Assembly (NCBI RefSeq): GCF_022539665.2 | Contig: NC_081331.1 | Span: 1,612,001-1,676,000 of the forward strand | DNA length: 64,000 nucleotides | From: Daphnia carinata | Taxonomy: Eukaryota | Reading direction: 5' to 3' | Shown here: positions 40,547 to 51,834 of the stretch, one piece after another | Position numbering within the stretch: the first letter of the stretch is position 1 | Layout of the letters: each line of letters opens with the position of its first letter | The notes under the pieces: model-generated | The model's database searches: none | What the model was told of the DNA's origin: nothing | Seen by the model: the letters and a program-made list of their open reading frames with translations, nothing else | Translations under genes and position numbers: made by a program

Positions 40547-43087
40547 CTTTCTCTTTCGCACAATTTTTCGTTTCTTTTGGGCTTAAGCTTTCAAGCTAGA
40601 GGCGCTTCTCAACAACAACAAAAAAATTCATTTCTTCTTTCCAACTGAAACTGTTGTTGTTATAACACGCCCGCCGATAATATTATCTTCATTTTTTTTT
40701 TCTACCCCCCCCCCCCCTCCCACAAACAAAAAAAAAAACATGCGCTTTCGCTTCTGCCGCTATGTTATATTGCTCGGACAACATACAGCACCACCCGGCC
40801 ACCGGTTATAGCTCCTCCTGTGGTTGTGTTTGACCGAAGAGAAAGAACAAACAATGAAAAAGTATTTAAGAGTTTAAAAAATATATATATATGTGTATTT
40901 TACTTTCGAGACCGCCTTCACTGTGAAACATCAACAGACTCCTTTTTCTTAAATTGTCTGGCGAAAAAAAAAAAAAGAGAAAAAAAAACCTTTTGTGTAT
41001 AACCGATGGCGGTGAGCTTAGTAATTACCGGTCGTAGATATGTGTTACTATGTGTGTTGTCGGTCGGAGTTTTTCTTTTTTCCCTTCTTTTGCGCTCTTT
41101 TTTTTTTTTTCTATCCGTTCCTCCTTTTTTAAACTACCTCCCTTTTCACAAACGATGACTTCATTATAGATATCCCCTTGAACTTTGTTAATGGAAAAAA
41201 AGGAAGAATAAAGGCCGGACTTTCTTTTGACACAAAATCTACAGGGCAGACAATTTTTCTTAGTTGAGTTGTAATTTTTTTTTTCTCTCTCCCCTTTTTC
41301 AAAAAGTTAAACATGTTTTCTGTGCGGGTCTTTACTCGCTGATTGTAATTGAAAATTCGAACCATTTGTAGGATAAGTTTTGAAAAGAAGAGGTCGTTGA
41401 GCGCAGGATGCACACACACAAGATGTTACTCCTCTGACTTGATGTCTAATGACTTGCTGCGCTTCTCCCCCCCTCAGTGTTTGAGAAACAACATTTGAAA
41501 ACTCAATTAAATCAAGTTGAAAAATGATGGGCATGAAAAAAAAAAAAAAGGATGAGCGATTCTATTGTTCATTGTTTCTAGTTTTAGAGAAGGGGAAGAC
41601 TCTTTCTTAGTTGTTTTCTCCAGACCTTTTTCGGGTTTTATTGTTTCTTTTTCACCAACGATTCAGATCGGATCCTGAGCTCCATCTCTTGTTTTTATCA
41701 CTAAGCTACAAACACAGAAAGCTAAGGTAATGCGCAGGTGGAGAGATGAACGACCGTGAAAACAAGACCGACAATAAATACTGGCATCATTTTTTCGATT
41801 CGTCAGAGGGCGTATTTCATTTAACCGACCAATTTGGAAAGCCCCAGAAAAAAAAAAATTTCATGGCTAAACTTCATTGAATACTTACAAAGAAAAAAAT
41901 AAAAAAGAATAGAGAAAAAAATAAAAAAGAAAAACGTTTGAATTAGGTAACCAAGGTTTAAATCAAACGAATCGCGCACTTTAGAAATCAGCCGACACTG
42001 ATTGGTTTAGGGAGGTCGCTTACACACCGAGCGCAGGGACTTGCGTGACAGCTGTATAACTGCGTGAATACTTGATTCTGGTTCCACCTTAGTTGGAATA
42101 GTCACTAAAAAGTACACGTAAAAAAAAAGCGACGGGAGGTTCTTTGCTGGGAGCCGACGGACACAAAAGAAAAGTACACCATTCAAAATTCCGGTCCGGA
42201 TAGATTCGAATGGATGAATTTAACGAATGCAGCCCTCCCGACTTTATTTGGATGTGTTCAAATGTGCATTCAAACTTCTTTTTATTATCATGTCATGAAA
42301 ACTTGCCTAGCGGTTGTTTTTTTTTAACGATTGGAAATATCCGCATTGAATTATGCGATGGACGCTGTTTACCAACTCACGGAAAAAAAAAAAATAAAAT
42401 AAAAGACACTCGGATTATTATATGAAGGTTGCGGCTGTTGTCCTTAGCCTTGTCATCCCTGTCAAACCGTGAATAAAAAGTATTTAGAAGGAAAGTAGTT
42501 AACATTTAACGACCGTTTCCAGAGAAACGGGCCAGATCAAAGTCACATCCCATGGCATTCAGCACAACCAATAGCTAACCAGCAGAGGCGGAGTCAGGCG
42601 GAATTCTTCCATTTTATTTCCCCAACAGAAAAAACGTGATGGCGCCCAACTGACTCGACTCGATAATTTTAATATTACCATCAGCCGATGGCCAAGTCCT
42701 TGTAGGGAAATTCAATAAGGAAACACCAACCAGACGCACCGATGTGGTTATTTTTTTTTCTCACGCAAACAACCACCACAAAACGAGCCTCGTCCAATCG
42801 GAAGGCAATCTAGGGAAACAACAGAACGTTACAAACCGTAACAAAGTTGAAAGTAAAATGAAAATTTTTTTTTTATTTTTCCGACTTGATCATTTTGCAT
42901 GAATCACGAACTATATTTGACGAGAAAATGTTGATGCATGCACTAAATCTTATTTCCATATTTGTAAGCAGCATTTTTGGAGGAGTAGAAATTTTTGAAG
43001 CGTAACTGAATCCTAGACAGAAAGCAAGATCAGTTGCACATGTATGGCACACTTTGGTGAGTTAGAAAGGAGATAAAAGGACTGAGT

Positions 43088-44952
43088 TTAGTTTTCGATC
43101 GACTCTTCGGACGAAGCTGATTCAATCTTCAAGGTTTCCTCGATCACGGTCGTATTCCCAACGTCCAGCGCTCCGTTCCAGCTGTTCATAGTTTTATTAA
43201 AGGCCTCCATCTCGAGAGAGAAAAATCAAACAAATGAGTTTAAATAAAGAATGAATAGAAGATATCCCAGAATGGAAAATTTATGTACTTCAAATTTGAG
43301 AGCTTCGATCTGATAGAGTGCAGTTTGTAATTTCATATCTTGGATCTGGTCTCTTGTTTCATCCTTGCACTTTTGCAGTGTTTGATTCATGGCTCTGTTT
43401 TGCAGACTTAAAATCGTGATTCGATCCTTCTCCGTTTCGCTTTCGATCATGGCGACACTCTCCGCTATGCGGGACAATTTATCTTCAGTGATTTCCTGTC
43501 AAAATCATTTGCGTTACAAGAGATGTAAAGAAACAATAGTTCACCATTCAAAAAAGATGTACCGTGCGCTGAAGTACTCGATCGTATTGGACTTGGATTT
43601 CAGTCAAGTTGTAACGAAGTTGATCGACTGTTAATTGCATTTCCCTGGCTTGGAAATCGTCTTGCTCTCCATACACTTCCAGCTGTTCGTGCATTCGGTA
43701 ATGACGAGCTTCTAACGAGTCGAGGACAGCCTCGTTCGCTTCGACTTTCGACTCCAGTCGGTTGTATTGCTGGACAAATCCTTCCAGCCGTTGCTCAATC
43801 GGTTCCATTCGTGACGACTCGGCTGTTTTGCTCTCCATTTTTCGCTCGAGATTCTGTTGAGCATCACGAACGGATTGCAGCGCATTCTTCAGTTCATTGA
43901 CTTTGTGGTTCCAGTGACTGTAACGTCCACCAGATCGGCTGTGATGGCTGTCAAACGCGCTTGCTCCTGCCAACTCGATCGAAGCGTTCCATTCTTCTTT
44001 CAGCGATTGAACCTGTCAAGATCAATTTAGTTCATCAAAGTTTTCGTTTAGACTTTCTTTTTCTTTCCAATTTTAGAGAAAGAATATAATCCATTACCTC
44101 TGAGCTGACGCGAGCGACATCCTTCAGGCAACGCTTTTGATTTTCAGTTATTTCACTTAAATCGTTGCGCAATTGGATCATATCAGCGGCCATTCGCTGC
44201 CGTTCGACGCTTTCCTCCGTCCATTGATGACGCAGCTGATGCACCTCATCCTGGAATTGCACGAATTTGATCATGGAATTTTACTATTGAAATATAAGGT
44301 TAATGTTAATACTTGAACAAAACGAATTTGCTTCTGGACTTCGTCAGCGAGCTGAATAGATTTTGAAACATTCAAATTCTGATTGATCTGATTCACGTCC
44401 GCTTTTAGATTGCTGACAGATTTCAGAAGCCATTGCAATGTTTTGACGGCGTTTTCGGAGGATGTATCTCGGACAGTCCGCACTGAACCTTCTGATGTTC
44501 CAATCAGGGATTCGACTTTGCTTCTAAAGTTTTCAAATTCAATTACCAATCAAGCAAGTCGAAATAAACTGTCAATCAACTACTCACTTGAGAAGGTCCA
44601 ATTCGTGACGGAACGATTCAATCGTCTGCGCTTGATGGTTCTTATGAAGACTCAGCTGTTCGAGGGAAGTTTGGAGACCCCTCATTTGTGCGTCAAATTG
44701 AGACAGAGCTCGACTTTCAACTTCCAGTGCATTTAGAGTTTCTTTAGCCAATTTGACTTCTTCCTGAGATGCGCGACTCGTTTCGCTCGTCCGCTCTTGA
44801 CGGCATCGAACCTCTTTGAGATCTCTCACTTCACGGGTCAATTTGCCAACCGTTTCCTCTAATTTGTTGATGCGCTTCCATTCCATTCGGCCGGAAGAAA
44901 CGTGGCTGCATCCCAAAACTAAAACCAACACGAACACGAAACAGAACTCCAT
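43088..44952 (-). CDS. Secreted coiled-coil protein, Scabrous N-terminus-like, no fibrinogen domain; 6 exons, ~502 aa
   Basis: Exons 44952-44588, 44523-44313, 44250-44098, 44012-43563, 43495-43289 and 43210-43088 splice in frame (1509 nt). Signal peptide MEFCFVFVLVLVLGCSHVSSG, heptad-rich E/K/Q/L/R composition and sequons NVS, NAS, NLT, NQT, NKT, NTT. The gene structure is well supported. The Scabrous resemblance (e.g. TLQWLLKSVSNLKADV) is from memory and less certain. Confidence 0.8.
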
Positions 44953-45010
44953 CTTCTAACGTTCTCTGTGACGGTATGACTGAATGCGACGGAATTGTTT
45001 GCTGTTTAAA
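44950..45010 (-). promoter_or_regulatory. Core promoter of the secreted coiled-coil gene: Inr + DPE, with weak TATA-like TTTAAA
   Basis: Minus-strand TCA(+1)GTC with A at 44981. AGATG (DPE consensus RGWYV) lies exactly at +28..+32 (44954-44950). TTTAAA at 45005-45010. Confidence 0.6.
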
Positions 45011-46170
45011 TGTCCCCCCCCCCCCTACTCCTCTGTACTTCTGTATCCCCGCTACTACTACACCAGGTGGCCTTTTATTTAGGTCCTTTTAGAATCCCCC
45101 CCCCCCCCTCCTTCCTTTTTTTGCTCTCTCCACACCACATCTGCCATCGATATGTTTTAGTACATGCCTGGCTATCGTTCCCTATAATTTTTGAAAGCAA
45201 ATTTCTCGAGAAAAAAAAAAAGCGGAAGAAAGAATCGCAAACGTTTAGTTTAAATGCTGGGCGGCTTTGTTTTGCTCTGAAAAGGGGTCCAAACCGATAA
45301 GAATCGAAACATCACTACCGACTTAATTTGATGCTAATGAATGGCACTTGGTCACTAACGAGAAGCAGATTGGCGGAGGGCGGAGGCGACGGGTAGATAA
45401 TCTCTCTAGCGACGTGGGGACCTTTTTCTTTCTTGAAAATTGTGGGTCAACGGATGTGTGGGAAAAACCAAAGGAATAAAAATATCGATGGTATGCATTA
45501 AATTAGAATAACAACGCCGGTAAAGCATATGTGATAACATACGCAATGCCTAAAAAAGAACGAAAAAGCGCGATAAGGGAGGTATTTTTCATCATTCCCT
45601 GCCACCAGGTGTATGTGTTTAGAGAAGGGGAATGAAAAACCGTTGGCGATGTGCTACGTACTACCTTTATTGTATCCGATAAGATTCAAAACAAACCCAC
45701 CTCCTTCCCCTCTACACAACAAATAAAAACCTTTCAAAAGCTTATTTTTGTGTATGACAGAATAGATCCGCGCGCGTGCTAGGTCCCTTTAAACGTAACG
45801 AAAATGGTAACGGTTGTACTCCCTTCTGTCATGTGTTATCGAAGATTTTTTAAAAGAATTACATACATGCTGCACACACACACACACACATAAAGTACTG
45901 AATTTCTTTGTTAATACAACAAAATTTCAATCAGCAACATACACTATCCCTCAAAACGTGATCCATAGGATGTACATCATTTTTGGCAATGCTTCCATAT
46001 CACACGATCCTTCTTTTTGTTCCCCGCCAATTAGCGGAGAGGTCTAAGTGGGTTAATGGCTTTTCCCAAGAAGAAGTACAAAACAAAAACAAAACAGATT
46101 AGCTTTTTTTTTTCTTCTTGGTTTTCACTAGAATACTGTGGAAAACTCTCAGGGTTGACAGGGCTATCTT

Positions 46171-48098
46171 TCAATCTAGTGAACCGAAGAAAATCCGTAG
46201 GGACAGAGGAAAGTGGGTTAGGTCTTTGGTAGATTGGCGTGCTATTTGGGTGTGTTGCCAGGCGTTGTCTCCTCGTCCAAGAGTCATCTCAACGCTCAAC
46301 ACACAATATGTTGAGCCGCTCAAATCGATTTCATAGTCAACACAACCTATTGCGCAGTGAATTTCATTTTTGTAGCATAGTTGAGAAACCAAAAGAGGGA
46401 ACATAAGTGTCACTTACCATTTTCCAGTAATTGGTAATGATCCGAACAGCTAATTTTCCAACAGATTTCTCCATCTTCGTAAGTTGTTCCAGGGCAAGAT
46501 ACTGTCGCTTGAAGAATCATTAAATTGGTTGAAGATAAATCGAATTTCCACGATAGACAAGCTTTCGAGCTTCCCTCTGTAGATTTCAATGTGTTTAAAT
46601 ATTTAGTTGCATAAAGAATTCACCGGAAATCGTAAATTTTACCAACACGAGCTAAATACGCCATTTTCCAATCACTTTCAGTTTTACGAAACACGGACTC
46701 CGCTTGATAAGCTCCATTTGACCATTTATCCGTTACGCTGTCTCCGTCTGAGCGGCGCACATACTTATCTAGACTGGCACTGCATTCAGATGATTGGTTT
46801 ACTACATAACACAAATATGCATGGGTTGCACAACAATTCTTTTGAACCTGTATTCTAAGCAGAATTCCCCGTTACTCATTTCTGCTTCTGTTGGAGTCCA
46901 AACGACCGGCTCGTGTTCTTGTTGAAACGTTCCCATTTCGCCACGAGTTTGTCTCCAACTAATAGCGCCACTTATTCGACCTTGCTCCTCACCCTCTTTG
47001 ACTTCTCGAGGTAAGAGAAATTCAGCTAGCTCTCCAACAAGTCGTAAAGTCAGTAGTTCTCTTTGAGAATCACTAACTGATGACTGAAGCTGTCTAGAGA
47101 GTCTATTGGTTTGTTGAAGAAGCCACTCTTCTGAAACCAAATTCCTTCGTTTAATAACCTTAACGACAATAACAGAAAAATTTAGTTCCATTCGACGAGT
47201 GCTAATATACCAAATGAGGAAACCTACTTCTGCATGATTTCGGGTATAGCGCCACGTCACATCTTGTACCTCATCTTTTGAAAATGCAATAACATAATTC
47301 AACTTTTTTCCCCAACCGACATCATAAAGTAGGGGCTTATCCCAAGCTGCTTCACAGGAATCACAGTGTAGCCTACAAGAAACATCATGCTCATATAAAA
47401 GATTTTAATACATCAAAGATTGTATACCATCTATTAAGTCTTTCAGAATATATTTCTGTCCACACATGGTCTGTCCAATCTAGGACATATCTGGCATCAT
47501 ACTTCAAGGCCCTGCAAATGAGAGTGAAGCAGTTTGCCCATTCGCCACACCTTCCTCTTCTGGTTTGTAGGAGTTTTTCTATTGAATTAAAACATTGTTA
47601 TGATAGATTTTATGCTAGATTTCACTAGTAATTACCAGGGTCATTGTATCTTGGGAATCTGTCTGTAGCACTACAGAGATTGCACTTGAAATTTTCAACC
47701 CGGTGTGCACCATAACGGAGATCATCTGCACTAGGAACTCCTGTTCCAACACTTTGCATAGGCTTGTTGCAGGTACTGCAATGAGCAGCATCAAACCAGG
47801 TAAAGAAACTCTCTTTGAACCAGGTTAACAACTCTATCAGGAGAGCGTCTCGAAGAACTTTGGAATCTGATTTCGAGTTGTTTGGACAGTTTTGTTGAGC
47901 CCGAGCTAACAAATCGGAAAGGGGGACACATGCTTTAGCTTTCGATTGCAATTCAGCATTTTCATACTTGAGGACATGTCGACTATTAATAGTAAGACGT
48001 TCAAGGAACTCAATTTGCAGGTGGGAGCGAGACATTTTTAGATGATGTATGTTATTAAGTGCAGACGTTTTGTTCCAACGGTTTGTTGTCATTTTCAT
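46171..48098 (-). CDS. NGLY1: Peptide-N4-(N-acetyl-beta-glucosaminyl)asparagine amidase (PNGase), transglutaminase-like core + PAW domain; 7 exons, ~513 aa from the first ATG
   Basis: Exons 48098-47636, 47578-47428, 47372-47228, 47158-46848, 46779-46643, 46576-46418 and 46346-46171 (1542 nt). Motifs: [14 protein letters not shown], Zn-binding CSTC and [12 protein letters not shown], catalytic [12 protein letters not shown] / DWTDHVWTE / [18 protein letters not shown], and PAW-domain [15 protein letters not shown] and [11 protein letters not shown]. The start could be ATG 48092 or 48035. Confidence 0.95.
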
Positions 48099-48398
48099 TC
48101 ATTATAACAATAATTAATCTGGCCGCTAGGTGGCTTGTATCGAGGCGCGACCATTTTGATTCGAATTTTCTTTTGTGTTAGATTCTGAAGGGGGCACAGT
48201 AGGATGCTGATGAGTTGCCACGATTTACTTTTGATTTTATTAAGTCATGTATGCTTCTATAAATAGAATTTTCCCGCCGCCTGCTTGATGGTTGAATGGT
48301 TCATTCGCGGTCGCGCATTCGAGGCGTGAGCACGCGAACAGACGTCACCGTTTGAGCTGAATCGTGCCTTTTTCACATTTGCATCGTTCTTCATCCTC
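48099..48398. promoter_or_regulatory. 300-bp divergent promoter region between NGLY1 and the alpha-arrestin
   Basis: Head-to-head ATGs at 48098 (-) and 48399 (+). TATAAATA at 48258, Inr-like TCATTC at 48301 and a CTCF-type motif at 48120-48134. Confidence 0.7.
48120..48134 (+). promoter_or_regulatory. CTCF-type binding motif
   Basis: TGGCCGCTAGGTGGC matches the CTCF core CCRSYAGRKGGC. Confidence 0.55.
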
Positions 48399-50666
48399 AT
48401 GGAAAGTTTTAGTGTCGAATTAGAGCAGCCCCAAGGAGTCTTTCTTCCTGGCCAAAACGTCAATGGCTTTATCCGGTTTAAGACTACTGCAGCCGAGAGT
48501 TTCAAAGGTATTTTCCATCTTCTGAAGAAGAAATAAAAAAATCAAGCAATTCATCAACAAAAAATACATCGTTTCCTTTTTTAAAAATTTTATTTGCTAG
48601 GTCTTACAGTCGAGTGTGTTGGCAAAAGTCAAGTGCAGTGGTCCGAGACTGAAACATCAGGCCGCGAAACGGAGACTGTCCACTACCAAGCCAGTGAAAA
48701 CTATTTTTACCACAAAATCCTTCTATTCGCAGGTAATTATGAGATGAGGTCGAAAGTTTATTTGTTTTGTAAATTTAGAATCAACACCATAGCGCATATA
48801 TGTTGCCTTTCTTAAAAATAGCAACTTGTCGCCCGCACTGCGGTCTTTGCAATATCATCCGTGATGGAAGATATCGCTGAGATATTTATAGCTATTTGAA
48901 ATCCATCCAAGCTTTGGCGCATATTCGGGTGTGACACAATTTATCAAACTCATGCCTAGTATTGACGTCGGTTCGTTCTGAAATGAACTCAATCATCAAA
49001 ATTTAATTCACGAACAAGTACAATCATTATTCACACCGTTAACGCAGGAAGTGACACAGAGTTCCAGCCGAACGATTATCGCTACGCCTTCTCGTTCACA
49101 CTCCCACATCAACTGCCGCCGTCCTTTGAAGGAGCTCACGGATCCCTACGTTATTACATTAAAGCGGTTTTAGGCCGGCGCTGGATGCTTGACGCCGTGT
49201 TTAAGCGCGGATTCTCCGTCAACACCATAGTCGACCTGAACCAAAACTTCCAGGCTTCGGTGAGGCTTCAGAGGAATCGCATGAGACAATTTTATGGTTG
49301 GCGAGTCGGACAACTCTTTCACGAAACCCCAATACTATGAATAGAACACTAGTTTCCTGCTGGCTGGAAGGGTAAAACATAACGACGTTGCCGTTATCAA
49401 AATGCCGTGGGAAAACACATCCAGAGGCGCTCACTCTCATTTTATGCTCTTATTTTTTTTGTAGTTGTCTTCATGACTTTTTTTTGTGTGTGCACTATAA
49501 CGTGTGGGGCCTCCCAACTTCTGTAAACTATTTCATCTATTTCTTTGTGTGTGTGGTGCGTGCTACGTTGCAGATTCCGGTGAAGAACGAAGAGATCAAG
49601 ACTATTTGTTGTTTGTGCTGTCAGTCGGGGCCCATCACGGCCGTCGGTTGGCTCCCAAAATCTGGATACGTTCCAGGCGAAACAATTTTGTTCTCCGGAC
49701 GAGTTGACAACAAAAGTCGATCGAGGTTGCTCCAAACATCAGTCCGGCTGGTCGAGGTATCAATGCCACTACCAACTCCCACGTACATCTATATTTGTTA
49801 GAAAGAGATTAACGTAATCGAATAGTCGTGAGAAAACAACGTTGTTTTGTTAGCGTGCCTTACGTCAATTTATCCAACCCGATTGAAGTTCTTGTTGGAT
49901 GCGAAAGTTGGCAAGGATAACTAGAGTCATATATATTCCTTTGGTATTCTTTTTGTAATAGTAAAACGCCTTCTTTTTTTCTCTTTTTTCTTTCCAGAGG
50001 ACAATATTTAAAGCTCAAGGTAAACAGAAGGAAGATGAACGAGTCATTCGAGAAATCACGCGAAGCCAGCAATCGGCCGACAGGGAGGATCTAGAACTTT
50101 GGAATGATATTCCGATTACTGTGCCACCTTTAGCGCCATCCGATCTGCATCATTGTTCAATTATTGACCTTCAATATTTTCTCGAGGTTATCGGTCATTT
50201 TTCGTACAAGCTTTTTAGATTTCATAATTGTGAAGTTTAATTTTTAGTTTGTCATCGATCCGGGAATCCTGTCCTTCAATTTCAAGGTCCCCATTGAAAT
50301 TACAATTGGTACAATTCCGTTTAAGGAAAGTTTCCCTACATTCCAACCGCAAGCTAGTGCCCCGCCCATAATGGATGGAAACAGTACGCATAGCATGGCA
50401 AACCCAATTGGATTTTTGCCTCCGTTCATGCTGAATCAGTATCCAAATCTCCGTAAGCTTATATACGTAGCGCCCTACACTAACGAGGTAAAACTAATTT
50501 TTTTGAACCGTATTTGACAGCTCCTTCCACGTACGAATCTGGGATGTTTGGCGGCAACTTGAGAGAAGAAGGAGACACAGAGCATCTCAACATTGGTTTC
50601 GACACATTATTTAAACCTATCTATATTAGCTATCCCAGTGTCGACAATCAAAACCCGTCGGCTTAA
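48399..50666 (+). CDS. Alpha-arrestin (arrestin domain-containing protein, ARRDC/TXNIP-like); 7 exons, ~391 aa
   Basis: Exons 48399-48507, 48601-48732, 49048-49259, 49574-49756, 49998-50186, 50248-50452 and 50521-50666 splice in frame (1176 nt). Arrestin_N motifs VFLPGQNVNG, GKSQVQWSE and YAFSFTLPHQLPPSFEGAHGSLRYYIKA. Arrestin_C motifs CCLCCQSGPI, GYVPGETI, VPPLAPS, IIDLQYFL and PIEITIGTIP. Confidence 0.93.
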
Positions 50667-51290
50667 ATATGACGTTACAAATGTTCTTATTCAACTGATA
50701 ATATATGATTGCAAAGTACAGCCCGTATAGGATACACATTTCGAGAATTGCAATAGGTTCGTGCCTATAAATCAAGAGTTTTGGTTCATCGTGCCTCCCG
50801 TAAAGCCAGATGGAAACTAGCTTCCATTGTTCATACTTAAGGCAAAGCCGATCAATGCGAGAGTAACTATCAACTAACCAATATGGCAAGTGCGAAGCTA
50901 CACACAGTGTACAGAAAAATTATTCGTTAAACACAAATAAGGATGTTTGAAGGATGTTAACATTCGTCGCACGTCAACCTGCACTCTGAGTCACTTATAC
51001 AGTTTAGCATTCTTAAAGTTGCGCATGACGGGATGATTAGTTCACGAAAATGTCAACAGACAAAGTCGACTACGCTCAATGAATTTTCAGCTTATCTTGG
51101 GCCTATGTCTAGGCACTCGTCGGGGGGAGATGCTTACGTTCAACGTCTTATTTTTCTGATACAATCAATAGCTGCTTATAGCTTGAGAGAACAGGATTGG
51201 AATTTCGAAAACTAGTTTTTATGTAAATCAAGTATTAGCTTGAAAAAAATATTTTTTTTTATTTGACCTAGAAGAATCCTACTTAAGGCA

Positions 51291-51834
51291 TCATGAATTT
51301 TTATACAAGTTCAGCCTGTATACAATGATTCTGCCAAACATGTCTGTGCTTTCAGGTAATAAAAATTTTAAATTGTCTGTCATTAAAGGTGAGTCAGGTA
51401 GAAGAAAAGTTTGGATCGCATTAATGTCGTCTGGATAGTAGGTCTTGATTGTTTCTACCTTTGCAACTCCAGCATCTACGCTCGTTCTTTGTAGGCAAAT
51501 GTTTTTTGCAGCAAAACCTCCTTGAAATTGAATTTCAAAGTGAGTCACTGCAGTGTCTTTACCAAACTGCACTGCAATCCATTGAGGGGTTCCCTATCAA
51601 GTTTGAATGTTTTCATGCACATAATTTTAATAATGTTGTATAAATAAAATACCTGATCCGAATTCCAGCAGGTTTCATTGCAGCCATCAAACAAGAACTG
51701 TTTGCCGTATGATTTTACTTCACGCCCCAAAACGGAGCTTACCCTTATAAATATAGAAAAATTATATTTTATGGTCATAAAGAGAGTCTTTTAACATACT
51801 TTGCCGTAAAATTTGAAGTAGGTATAAGAGACAT
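51291..51834 (-). CDS. NR2C2AP: Nuclear receptor 2C2-associated protein (TRA16), discoidin/galactose-binding-like fold; 3 exons, 142 aa
   Basis: Exons 51834-51800, 51743-51653 and 51593-51291 (429 nt). Signature KVSSVLGREVKSYGKQFLFDGCNETCWNSDQGTPQWI...IQFQGGFAA...YPDDINAIQTF...STDMFGRIIVYRL. Confidence 0.93.

Noticed and set aside
7542..42425. The many 60-141 aa ORFs in the desert
   Set aside because: Many have non-ATG starts, most are low-complexity F/K/C/V-rich translations of homopolymers and dinucleotide repeats, and none shows a recognisable domain or transposase/RT motif.
42850..43087. Brd/K/GY boxes in the 3' UTR of the Scabrous-like gene
   Set aside because: No exact AGCTTTA, TGTGAT or GTCTTCC on the coding strand within the probable UTR.
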